Part shown: in pieces, positions 1-9,800 of the stretch
How the letters are laid out: every line of letters begins with the position of its first letter
How positions within the stretch are numbered: the stretch's first letter is position 1
From: Candidatus Zhuqueibacterota bacterium
GTDB lineage: Bacteria; Zhuqueibacterota; Zhuqueibacteria; Zhuqueibacterales; Geothermadaptataceae
Assembly: GCA_015491485.1 (NCBI GenBank)
Contig: WFVT01000025.1
Coordinates: 1-56,216, forward strand
Direction: 5' to 3'
DNA: 56,216 bases
Program-made: the position numbers and the translations under genes
Notes under the pieces: model-generated
What the model was told of the DNA's origin: nothing
Databases searched by the model: none
Seen by the model: only the letters and a program-made list of their open reading frames with translations

Positions 1-265
1 ATGTGCCGGCGTTCGGATGAGTAGGCAGGTGAATGCTGATCACGCTGAATCGCACGACCCCCAAACGTCCTGTCACGGATGCGACGCCGACGGCACGGGA
101 AAGACCGTGCGGGATTCACTATGCAACAATACCGTCACCTCAATAAAACCGGCCACCGCCGTCATTTCTCGCGACGGCATTTGCAAAAACAATTGATAGG
201 CATCATGTAAAACGCTTTATAAACATACTATCGGCCATACAACTTAAACGACCCAAAATTCAACC

Positions 266-1888
266 ATGAAGACTTTTTTTAAACAAGGCAATGTATTTAT
301 TTGGCTGACCGGGCTTGCGCTGTCGGTAGGCCTGTTGATGATCGGTGGTCTGCTGACGCTGATCCTGGTGAATGGGCTGGGTATTTTCTGGCCCGATGAA
401 CTGATTGAATTTCATCTCAAAAACGGTGAAGTCTATCTGGGTGAAGTCTGGCAAAAAGAAACTTACCGTCGAACACCCAATGAACCCGAACGTGAACGCA
501 TCCGCTTGAAGATTGGTAATCGCGATTTCTATGGATTGGATTTTCGCTGGATCAATCTGCAAGATATTGAGCAACAACAAAAACCAAAGGATGCATTCAT
601 TATAGAGCGCCGTTCCTGGGGAAATTTCTACGGTTTTATTGATCAATTGATGATTGGTGATCACATTCTTATCGATCACCCGGAACAGATTCGCCGCATG
701 CTGCCACAATATCTCCGTGAAGCCCAGCACCTTTATCAACAGATCCGCCATATTCAAAAAAATCAAATCGGCGACATCAATTACGAGATGGAAAAACTTC
801 GTCGCTCCATACGGCGGACGGAATTGCGGGAGAAGGATCCTGACCGACGGCAGGCACGATTGCAGGAACTGAATCAACGTATGACCGAGCTGGAAAACCG
901 TTATCGCGAATTTGAGGCGAAATTGGTCCAGCTGGAGGAACAAAGCCGACGCTACGTTGCCGAGCTGCGCACCGTAGATGGGCAGACCAAAACCCTGCCG
1001 CTGATGCAGATCGTGCGCGCGTTTCAGCCCAACCGGCTCTCCTCATTGAGCAAGGCGCAGATTTACGCCTCACGGCTGTGGGAATTTCTCTCGGACGAGC
1101 CGCGGGAATCCAATACCGAGGGCGGGGTGCTGCCGGCGATTTTCGGCACCGTGCTCATGGTCATTTTGATGAGCATCGCCGTGGTGCCCTTGGGCGTGGT
1201 CGCCGCCATTTACATGCGCGAATACGCCAAACCCGGCCCCATTCTGAACGCGGTGCGCATTGCGGTGAACAATCTTGCCGGCGTGCCCTCCATCGTGTTC
1301 GGCATTTTCGGGCTTGGCCTGTTCATCTACACCATCGGCGGCACCATCGACCGGCTGTTTTTTCCGGAAGCCCTGCCCACGCCGACCTTCGGCACCGGCG
1401 GCATCCTGTGGGCGTCGCTGACCCTGGCGTTGCTCACTTTACCGGTGGTGATCGTCACCACCGAAGAAGGACTGGCCGCCATCCCGCGCTCGGTGCGCGA
1501 GGCGTCGCTGGCGTTGGGCGCCACGAAGTTTGAAACCCTTTGGCGGGTTGTTCTGCCGAGCGCCTCACCGTCGATTTTTACCGGCATGATTCTGGCTGTG
1601 GCGCGGGCTGCGGGTGAGGTTGCTCCGCTCATGGTGACCGGTGTGGTCAAGCTGGCGCCGTCGCTGCCCATCGATGGCCATTTCCCCTACCTGCATCTGG
1701 ACCGCAAGTTCATGCATCTGGGCTTTCATATTTACGACGTGGGCTTTCAATCGCCCAATGTGGAGGCGGCGCTGCCCATGGTGTACACCACCACCCTTCT
1801 GCTGGTGTTGATTGTCCTGGTTCTGAATCTGGCAGCGATTTTCATGAGAAACCGTTTGCGTCAACGCTATTCCATCAGTAAACTATAG
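266..1888 (+). CDS. pstA: Phosphate ABC transporter permease PstA with long N-terminal periplasmic/coiled-coil extension
   Basis: C-terminal half has PstA motifs ([26 protein letters not shown] loop); directly upstream of pstB and phoU. Confidence 0.95.
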   Translation: MKTFFKQGNVFIWLTGLALSVGLLMIGGLLTLILVNGLGIFWPDELIEFHLKNGEVYLGEVWQKETYRRTPNEPERERIRLKIGNRDFYGLDFRWINLQDIEQQQKPKDAFIIERRSWGNFYGFIDQLMIGDHILIDHPEQIRRMLPQYLREAQHLYQQIRHIQKNQIGDINYEMEKLRRSIRRTELREKDPDRRQARLQELNQRMTELENRYREFEAKLVQLEEQSRRYVAELRTVDGQTKTLPLMQIVRAFQPNRLSSLSKAQIYASRLWEFLSDEPRESNTEGGVLPAIFGTVLMVILMSIAVVPLGVVAAIYMREYAKPGPILNAVRIAVNNLAGVPSIVFGIFGLGLFIYTIGGTIDRLFFPEALPTPTFGTGGILWASLTLALLTLPVVIVTTEEGLAAIPRSVREASLALGATKFETLWRVVLPSASPSIFTGMILAVARAAGEVAPLMVTGVVKLAPSLPIDGHFPYLHLDRKFMHLGFHIYDVGFQSPNVEAALPMVYTTTLLLVLIVLVLNLAAIFMRNRLRQRYSISKL

Positions 1889-1905
1889 AAACAGGAGCTT
1901 CTGAC

Positions 1906-2763
1906 ATGATCTCGCTGACTACCCAAAGTTTTTCTCATTCATCAAAACATACCGGTGATGGAATTGACGTCCTTTCCGATACGGCAAAGATTGAACCGAA
2001 TACAGGGCACGACCCTGTTGTCTCTATACGAAACCTCAATTTTTACTACGGCGACAAACAGGCGCTGTTCGACATCTCCCTCGACATCCCACGCAATCAA
2101 ATCACCGCATTCATCGGCCCATCCGGTTGCGGCAAATCCACGCTGTTGCGCTGTTTGAACCGGTTGAACGACCTGATCGAAGGGACGCGGCTCGAGGGAG
2201 AAATTTTGATCGACGGCCGGAATATTTACGATCCGGATATCGACATCACGCAATTGCGCAAAAACACCGGCATGGTGTTTCAAAAATCGACGCCCTTCCC
2301 GAAATCGATTTATGACAATGTGGCTTACGGCCTGCGCATCGCCGGAATGAAAAACAAGAAAAAGCTCGATGAGATTGTGGAGAAGAGTTTGCGCGGGGCT
2401 GCGCTGTGGGACGAAGTGAAGGACCGGCTGAACGAAAGCGCGCTGGGGCTCTCCGGCGGGCAGCAGCAACGGCTGTGCATCGCGCGCGCCATTGCGGTGG
2501 AGCCGGAGATCATTTTGATGGATGAACCGTGCTCGGCGCTGGACCCCATCGCAACGGCCAAAATCGAAGAACTGATGCTGGAGCTGAAAAAACAATATAC
2601 CATCATCATCGTGACGCACAACATGCAGCAAGCCGCGCGGGTATCGGACCGGACAGCGTTTTTGTGGATGGGCAAACTGATCGAATACGACGACACTTCG
2701 GTGATCTTCACCAATCCAAAAGAAAAATTGACCGAGGAATACATTACCGGCCGGTTTGGTTGA
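1906..2763 (+). CDS. pstB: Phosphate ABC transporter ATP-binding protein PstB
   Basis: Walker [34 protein letters not shown]-terminal YITGRFG; AGGAG RBS. Confidence 0.97.
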   Translation: MISLTTQSFSHSSKHTGDGIDVLSDTAKIEPNTGHDPVVSIRNLNFYYGDKQALFDISLDIPRNQITAFIGPSGCGKSTLLRCLNRLNDLIEGTRLEGEILIDGRNIYDPDIDITQLRKNTGMVFQKSTPFPKSIYDNVAYGLRIAGMKNKKKLDEIVEKSLRGAALWDEVKDRLNESALGLSGGQQQRLCIARAIAVEPEIILMDEPCSALDPIATAKIEELMLELKKQYTIIIVTHNMQQAARVSDRTAFLWMGKLIEYDDTSVIFTNPKEKLTEEYITGRFG

Positions 2764-2837
2764 TCCGGAGTGTTCGTCCATCTCCAGGTACCAGCCAACC
2801 AAAGGAATTAAGCAGCAACAATCCTATAGGAGCACCC

Positions 2838-3512
2838 ATGCATCGACATTTTGAACTGGAAATTGAGGCTTTGCGGGACGACCTGCTGTATATGGCCTCG
2901 TTGGCGGAAAAAGCCATTGCAAACGCCATCGAGGCGTTAAAAACCCGCGACGAAGCAATGGCTCGGGAGGTGCTGAGCCAGGATCAGGTCATCAACGAAA
3001 TGGAACTTAAAATCCACGATGCCTGCATCCAACTGTTTGCGCGGCACCAAGTGGTGGCCAGAGATTTGCGCTTCATCGCCTCGGCCATGAAAATCAACAA
3101 CGATCTCGAGCGCATCGGCGACCATGCGGTCAATATCGCCGAAAAGACTCTGGAATTGCTCAAAGAACCGCAACTCAAACCGCTGATCGACATCCCGCGC
3201 ATGGCTGAACTGGCCATGGGGATGCTCAAAGATGCACTGGACGCTTTTATCCATAAAGACACTGAGCTGGCGCTCAACGTTTGCAAACGGGATGATGAAG
3301 TGGATTCCCTGGAAGATCAGGTCATCCGCGAGCTGATCACGTACATGGCCGGCGACCCACACACCATCACGCGCGCTTTGAACTTGATTATGGTGGCGAA
3401 AAATCTGGAGCGGGTAGCGGATTATTCCACCAATATCGCCGAAGAGGTGGTGTTCATTGTGGAGGCAAAGACCATCAAGCATCACATGGCCGACCGGCAT
3501 CAGGAACATTGA
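2838..3512 (+). CDS. phoU: Phosphate signalling complex protein PhoU
   Basis: Two PhoU repeats (DLERIGDHAVNIA, NLERVADYSTNIAE); start moved from 2529 to in-frame ATG 2838 preceded by TAGGAG. Confidence 0.95.
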   Translation: MHRHFELEIEALRDDLLYMASLAEKAIANAIEALKTRDEAMAREVLSQDQVINEMELKIHDACIQLFARHQVVARDLRFIASAMKINNDLERIGDHAVNIAEKTLELLKEPQLKPLIDIPRMAELAMGMLKDALDAFIHKDTELALNVCKRDDEVDSLEDQVIRELITYMAGDPHTITRALNLIMVAKNLERVADYSTNIAEEVVFIVEAKTIKHHMADRHQEH

Positions 3513-3541
3513 TGCCGTTCCACAGCCGCAAGCTTTCACGC

Positions 3542-3583
3542 ACCGTTTCTGGCATCGTTAAGATGCCGGAAACGGTTTCTTTC
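3542..3583 (+). terminator. Intrinsic terminator of the pst-phoU operon
   Basis: 15-bp stem ACCGTTTCTGGCATC/GATGCCGGAAACGGT (one G-U), 5-nt loop, then TTCTTTC; lies between convergent genes. Confidence 0.75.
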
Positions 3584-3615
3584 AGGCTCGCTTTCATGGA
3601 ATGGGACTGCGCGTT

Positions 3616-4089
3616 TCAGAAATTCAGAGCATCCAGAGGCAGTAAAATACCGACATTCGGTATCCCGGGTAAACTGATGATATCCTCATCCACCCCCGGG
3701 ACGAAAATCAAGCCCACTTCGATAAAAATCCGATCCAACACATTCACGCGAAATCCCGGTTCGAATCCGGGGATATAAGCACTCCCTCCCAGGGGGGAAA
3801 TGCCGTAAATAAGATGGGCACGGGTGTACAAACTGAGCGAGCGGTTCAGGCTGATCCCGGGGCCTGCGGAAAAATCCAACAGCAATACAAACCACCCGGC
3901 GGAGAAATGGAGATATGATTTTTTCGAGAGCGCCATATCACGGGCAAAGCCGATGCCGCCAGGAATCTTTGCCTGCACCAATGTCCGATCTTTATGATAA
4001 GATGAGTCATCCACGGCGGTTTGAGAAATTGCCGGGTTGACATCTGCCAGCAGCCAGCCCAGACAGAGCAGACCTAAAAAGATTCTCAC
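3616..4089 (-). CDS. Hypothetical exported protein, probably a small outer-membrane beta-barrel
   Basis: GTG start with GAGGAGG RBS; signal peptide ending ...PAIS-Q; alternating hydrophobic segments; C-terminal Phe. Confidence 0.7.
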   Translation of the reverse strand: MRIFLGLLCLGWLLADVNPAISQTAVDDSSYHKDRTLVQAKIPGGIGFARDMALSKKSYLHFSAGWFVLLLDFSAGPGISLNRSLSLYTRAHLIYGISPLGGSAYIPGFEPGFRVNVLDRIFIEVGLIFVPGVDEDIISLPGIPNVGILLPLDALNF

Positions 4090-4118
4090 GGCTTGACCTC
4101 CTCAATGATAGAGCGGTT

Positions 4119-5069
4119 TCAGGAATGGGTTTGAAAATATGCCAGCGCCATGCCATAACGTAATCCGCGATCACTTACCACAATGCTCTCCCGCTCCAGA
4201 TGCCGCATCACCGCCTGCAAAATGAGGGCGCCGGCGAGGATCACATCGGCTCGTTTGGGAGAGAGCCCGATCATCCGTCGGCGCTCAGCGATGGTCCGCC
4301 GGGCGATGGCATCGATAAGCTCATCCACAGCAGCAAGCGGCAGTAGGCTGCCGTCGATGCGTTCCGGATCGTATGGTTCCACCTGCTGATGCATGGCGGC
4401 AAGGGTGGTCACCGTGCCGGCGACTCCCAGAAAAGTACCTCCGTTGTTTCCCTTTTGCTTAAATATTTTCCCGCCGGCTACACGCTGTCCCAGCGCTTCG
4501 GCAATCTCGCGGCGAGCCATTTGCACCTCTTCCGGCAGAACCGGATCGTGGTTCAGAAATCGCTCGGTGAGCCGCACCGAACCGATATCCAGACTCAGCC
4601 GGCCCTGCATCCGTTCCCGGTCGCCCCAGCACAATTCGGTACTGCCGCCGCCGATATCCAGCATCAGGAACGGCTCTGGCAGGTGGCGTTTGTTCGACAG
4701 AGCGCCCAGGTAGGAATATTCCGCTTCCTGTTCGCCGGAAATGACCTGAATGTCGATGCCCAGCTTATCACGCACGCGCCGGATGAAATCCTCGCGGTTG
4801 CGGGCGTCTCGGAAGGCGCTGGTACCACAGGCGAGAACGGTTTGTGCGCCGTATTCATGCGCCAGATCGGCGAACTGTTTCAGGCATTCCATCGCCCGCT
4901 GCATAGGCGCTTCTGCAAACCGGCCGCTCCGGTCCACTCCTTCGCCAATGCGAACGATTTTCGCCGTTTGATACACCGTATGAATTTCGCCGTTACGCCA
5001 TTCGGAAATCAACAACAGGAATGTGTTGGTGCCGAGATCAATGGTTGCCAATCGGCTGTTTTCAGACAT
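4119..5069 (-). CDS. ppx: Ppx/GppA-family exopolyphosphatase (short form)
   Basis: IDLGTNT, TSAFRDARN, ISGEQEA, DIGGGSTE, GSVRLTERF, GLRYG motifs. Confidence 0.93.
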   Translation of the reverse strand: MSENSRLATIDLGTNTFLLLISEWRNGEIHTVYQTAKIVRIGEGVDRSGRFAEAPMQRAMECLKQFADLAHEYGAQTVLACGTSAFRDARNREDFIRRVRDKLGIDIQVISGEQEAEYSYLGALSNKRHLPEPFLMLDIGGGSTELCWGDRERMQGRLSLDIGSVRLTERFLNHDPVLPEEVQMARREIAEALGQRVAGGKIFKQKGNNGGTFLGVAGTVTTLAAMHQQVEPYDPERIDGSLLPLAAVDELIDAIARRTIAERRRMIGLSPKRADVILAGALILQAVMRHLERESIVVSDRGLRYGMALAYFQTHS

Positions 5070-5943
5070 GAGGTTTCTCCGTTTCCATGAGCAGCCAATC
5101 GTCTTGCTGCCGCACGCGGGTCACCCTCAAACCGTGCTGAACAAGCAGCTTTTCCAGCTCAGCCCGTTCCCGCGCCAGGATGCCGCTGAACAGGATTTCG
5201 CCCGCCGGTTGCAGCCGCTGAAGCAGCGCTTCCATCAATCGGCTAATGATATTTTTTTCGAGATTGGCATAGATCAGCCGGTAGGTCCGCTCGTCGGCGG
5301 CTTCGATGCTGCCTACCCGAAAGTCACATGCGGCCGCCACCCCATTCAGACGGGCATTTTCGCGGGCGTTTTCCACGGCGACGGGATCGATATCGATGCC
5401 GACGACATGGCTCCCGGGACGCAGTTTGGCATGGGCGATGGCCAGGATGCCGCTGCCCGTACCCACATCCAGCGCTTGCTCGGGCAGGCGATCGCGGCGC
5501 TCCACCATGGCCTGCAACACGAGCTGCGTCGTCGCATGCGTTCCGGTGCCAAACGCCTGTTTCGGTTCAATCATAATGTCCAGCATTGGCGGGCTGGCGG
5601 CGCGGTGCCACGGCGGCCGGATACAGAGGACGTCTCCGATGCGCACCGGCCGGAAATAGCGTTTCCAGTTCTCCATCCAGTTTTCTTCCGGGAACCGGTG
5701 CAAATCGATGGACTGCGGATCCACGGGCAATCCGCTTTCCCGGATACGATGCACCCCCCGAATCACCGCCTGATGAAGCGCGTGCTCATCCTGATCTTCA
5801 AAATAGGCGATGATCCGGTTTTCTACTTCTTCACAGCCGAGGGCGCCGAGCGAAAACAGCCAGTAACTCAATGCCTCACGGCTTTCCGGAAGACAGGTGA
5901 CGGTGACCGCCCAAAAATACCGTTTTGATTTGGATGCTTTCAT
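5062..5943 (-). CDS. prmA: 50S ribosomal protein L11 methyltransferase PrmA
   Basis: IEPKQAFGTGTHATT, LDVGTGSGIL, DIDPVAV, SGIL; start set at ATG 5943 just after the M28 stop. Confidence 0.92.
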   Translation of the reverse strand: MKASKSKRYFWAVTVTCLPESREALSYWLFSLGALGCEEVENRIIAYFEDQDEHALHQAVIRGVHRIRESGLPVDPQSIDLHRFPEENWMENWKRYFRPVRIGDVLCIRPPWHRAASPPMLDIMIEPKQAFGTGTHATTQLVLQAMVERRDRLPEQALDVGTGSGILAIAHAKLRPGSHVVGIDIDPVAVENARENARLNGVAAACDFRVGSIEAADERTYRLIYANLEKNIISRLMEALLQRLQPAGEILFSGILARERAELEKLLVQHGLRVTRVRQQDDWLLMETEKPHV

Positions 5944-5944
5944 C

Positions 5945-6886
5945 TCATAACGCGGGAGGATTATAAATGACAGCCAGCACGACCCGGCCCACTTCAGCCA
6001 GACTTTCGGCGCTGCATTTATCCGGAGTATCCTGCAACGTATGCCAGTAAGGATAATCAAAGTCTATAATGTTAATGCAGGGAATACCGACCCGCAGCAG
6101 CGGCACGTGATCATCCATAACTTCATGACGGGATTCGGGATAGAAGCTTGAAATCCCCAGACGGGCGGCATAGTTCCACACCAGATCGACCACGGCCGGA
6201 GCATAACGTACGGAATTGACTTCCCGGTAAATCTGTAAATCCCGATCGCCGATCATATCGAGCAAAATGCCGAGAAATGGGGAATAATGCACACTTTTAT
6301 TTTTGGCGAAATATTGTGCGCCCGCGGCGTACGTATCGGGGTAGCCTTCGCTGCCGAGGTCTTCACCATCGAAAAACACAATATCCACCCCAACAGGCGG
6401 CGGATGGTTTTTGAGAACCCGGGCGATCTCCAGCAACACGGCGACCCCGGAAGCGCCGTCGTTGGCGCCGGGAATGGGCTTGTTGTGATTGGCGGTATCG
6501 GGGTCCTGATCCGCCCACGGCCGCGAGTCCCAGTGCGCCGCCAATAAAATGCGCGGTCCCGGTTCCGTGCCGAAACTGCTGATCAAATTGGTCAAACGGA
6601 CGGTCTCTCCGGTTTTGTGAATGGTATAATCGAAGGACTGCCGCTTGACCACGTCGGCGAAAGCTTTGAGAGAATCTTCCAAAAACTGCAGACATTGTTC
6701 ATGTGCGGGCGTGCCGGGCACCCGGGGGCCAAATTCCACCTGCTTTTGCAACAACCGATATGCGCGCTGCGCATCGAAATCCGGCACCATCAGCTCACGC
6801 TCCTGGGGGCGATCCTGGCAGGCGGTTAAACCGATGCCCACAGCCAGCAAGAGCACACTTCCATACCACCGATTCAGTACTCGCAA
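5945..6886 (-). CDS. M28-family lipoprotein, likely Bacteroidota-type glutaminyl cyclase
   Basis: Lipobox LTAC; AHWDSRP, GANDGASG, FFDGED, LLDMIG, DDH, YWHT motifs; TTG start coupled to the sprA stop. Confidence 0.85.
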   Translation of the reverse strand: MRVLNRWYGSVLLLAVGIGLTACQDRPQERELMVPDFDAQRAYRLLQKQVEFGPRVPGTPAHEQCLQFLEDSLKAFADVVKRQSFDYTIHKTGETVRLTNLISSFGTEPGPRILLAAHWDSRPWADQDPDTANHNKPIPGANDGASGVAVLLEIARVLKNHPPPVGVDIVFFDGEDLGSEGYPDTYAAGAQYFAKNKSVHYSPFLGILLDMIGDRDLQIYREVNSVRYAPAVVDLVWNYAARLGISSFYPESRHEVMDDHVPLLRVGIPCINIIDFDYPYWHTLQDTPDKCSAESLAEVGRVVLAVIYNPPAL

Positions 6887-6887
6887 A

Positions 6888-9800
6888 TCAGTTTCCTCGA
6901 ATTGAAATGTTCACATCGATTCCGAATTCGCGGATAAAGGTTTCGCCGGCGCGGGTGGATTTCGTTCTTCCGACAATGAATTTGGCTGAGCCGCGCACCC
7001 GCGAACTGAATTCATACGTTACCCGCGGTTCAAAGGTCCAGCTTGTGCGTTCATTGGAAAGAACCCACTCGTTGCTGCCGCCGCGAATTTGCTCGGTTCG
7101 GTTCATCGACCGGGTAAAACTTAGCGAAAAATCGACGCTGTTTTTAAGTTCTTTCTTGCTCAAGAAGGGGATGCGGAAACCGGACCGCTTACTGTACGTT
7201 GTCGTGAAACGGATTTCCAGGCGGGTATTCCGCTGTCCGCCGACTTTCTGCAAAAGTTCGGTAACCGTGTTGATGTTAAATGATTCATTAATGCTGCGCG
7301 TGCGGGTGATGTCCAGATTCGTCACCATTCCGTTTTTCCAATTGATGGACAGCTTGAGCAACGGCGTAAAATTGAAGGAAAAATCCTCTTTGGTTTTACC
7401 GCTGCGTTTGTCTTTCCAAAAGACGGACCGTTTTCCCGAAACGTTGTGGCTGATATTGATACTATTGGCGAATTTACGAAACAGCTTAAACCGCTCAATG
7501 TTCGACCAGGTGAAGGTCCATTCGGGGAACGGCATATTCAAGTTGCCAATCTGCATCCAGCTGTTGCTGTAGCTGCCGGTAATTTGATTGCCATAATTCG
7601 CCTGACTGGAATGATTGAACCGAAGTTTCAAGCTCAAACTGCGTCCCAGGCGCAGGCCGGTGCTTACATTAAAGCTCTGGTTCTCGTTGTTGGTAAACGT
7701 GACCGTGGTAATTTCCGGCACGGTTCCCAGGCCCGGATTGGTGGAAAAGCCCAGCGTGTACCGCAAACTGGGATCACCGGGTTTCAGTCCCACATTCCGA
7801 TAATTCCGACGCCTGGAATAACTGACATTAATATCATCCAGCGTGCGCAGAACGCCAAGCATGCCTTTGAGCAGAGACACTGGATTGCGCTTTTTCTTGT
7901 CCTCCTGCTTTTCTTCCTTTTTCTTTTCTCCTTCCTTCTGGCCTCGTGCTCCGGGGGGACGACGCCGCGCTCCCGGAGGGGTGCGCCGCCGCCGACCGTA
8001 ATTGCCGGCACTGGACGATTTTCGAAATAATTGCGAAAGCCGCAGGGTGAGCTGTGCACTTACATTTGCCGAAACGGTCGCACTTTTGCCGGTGGTTTTT
8101 TGCTGGATATTGTTGACATAACGGTAAGTCGCGTTGTAAGAGAAGCGCTGATTAAGCCAGGAAACGAGCGTGGGAGAGTAATCCACCCGGAAATTCTGGG
8201 ATTTACTCAGGTCTTCAAACTCACCGCTAAACAACCCCTGCCAGCCCCGCTTGCGGAAGTCTCCCTGCATATTTCGCGAGAAGGTCGTGGTCAAATTGTC
8301 AAAAATCTTATAAGTGGTATTGTAACTTCGGACAATGTCATAAGTAAAGACATCGCTTTTGACCCCGGAACGGGTCTCGGAATTGGAGCGCGAATTGTTG
8401 CCGCTGATCTTCGCACTAATGTTTCGGGGCAGATAATACAGGCGGGTATCGGCCAGCTTGCTCAACAGCGGTAATTTTTTAGCCCATCCGAGTGGGCGGA
8501 TAAACGTATTCTGACCGAATTGCAAACTGTAATCCAGGGCGCCTTTCCAGACCACCCGGTTTTGGAACCGGATGGTCGCGCTGGACATGTTGGTCCGGGT
8601 ATGACTGAGATTGGCCGATAACCGATCAATAGTATATCGCAACAAAAAGTTTTTGGAGCTTTTGCTTTTTCGAAAAGACACACTCACTCCCTGCTGCCGA
8701 TTGAAGGATTGGATTTCAGCGAGTTTATCCGCTGGAACCTCCTTGGGGATAACCTCGATATCCCTGCCTGGAAAATATTTGGGTGTGGCGCGGCTTTCAT
8801 TATAGGTCAGATTCAGCGGCAAAGAAATCCCCCAACTCTGTGGGAAAAAGCGGTCCAGTTTCACACTGCTATTCAGCCGCATCGAAAGCCGGTTGTCTCC
8901 AGACCCAAATCGCGTTGCCACATTGTGAAAATCGGCGTCCTGCCGGTTGATTTCGCCGTTCACCGACATGAAATCCGAGAGCCGCAAATCCATCCGCGCG
9001 CGCATGGCGATGCCACGATTTTTCTGTACTTCTGACAGCCGGAGTTCGTTGAGCCAGATTTGTCCGTAAAACGGTGCCGAAAGCCTGGAGAGATTCTTCA
9101 CGCCGACGATCAGGGTCCGGACATTGGTAATGGATGGATTCCCCTTGATGCGATACAATTTGCCATCGATTTCCTTTTCAAAAGCGCCGATGTCGGGATT
9201 GTACAGCGAAGAGTCCAATTTCATGCTGGTCAATTTGATAAATTCAATATCGATATGGTTGCGCTCGTCCCACCCGCCCAGCATGGGACTGGGGCCAGCA
9301 TACACGCGCTCACGAATCTCGTAATAATTGTTGATATCCGATCCGAATCGGAAAAAGACCTCGATGGTGCTGCTATCCGGAGTGATATGCAAACCGCCCT
9401 CATCCCGGGCGTAGATAAACATTCGCAACCGGTTGTAATAGATGTAGTTCTGCGGCTGAAAAAATGTTTTTTGCGCAATGCCGTTTTGCCCGGGCTTCAA
9501 TCCGTTGACGTCCAGGACGAGCGCCTGCTCTTTTTCCCGAATGCGGTACAGCCGGTCAAATTTCCCTTCGACTCCGGGCGGCGGCTGGTACTTCGGATTA
9601 TCGTGAGTGTTCACCACCGTCACCGCTACCGTGGTGTCATTTTCGGCGTTGTAACTATTTGGCTCTTCGCTATCGGAAACGCCCAGTTCTTTCCATTCGT
9701 TGCCGACCAGGTTGATTTCGGCAATGCGAATCACCGTTTCTTCCGTCACTCCATTGATCCAGATGCGCGCATATTGAATCTGCGAAAGGTCCGGGTTCCC

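Noticed and set aside
70..76. Pho box upstream of pstA
   Set aside because: Only one CTGTCAC half-site, with no 11-bp-period repeat
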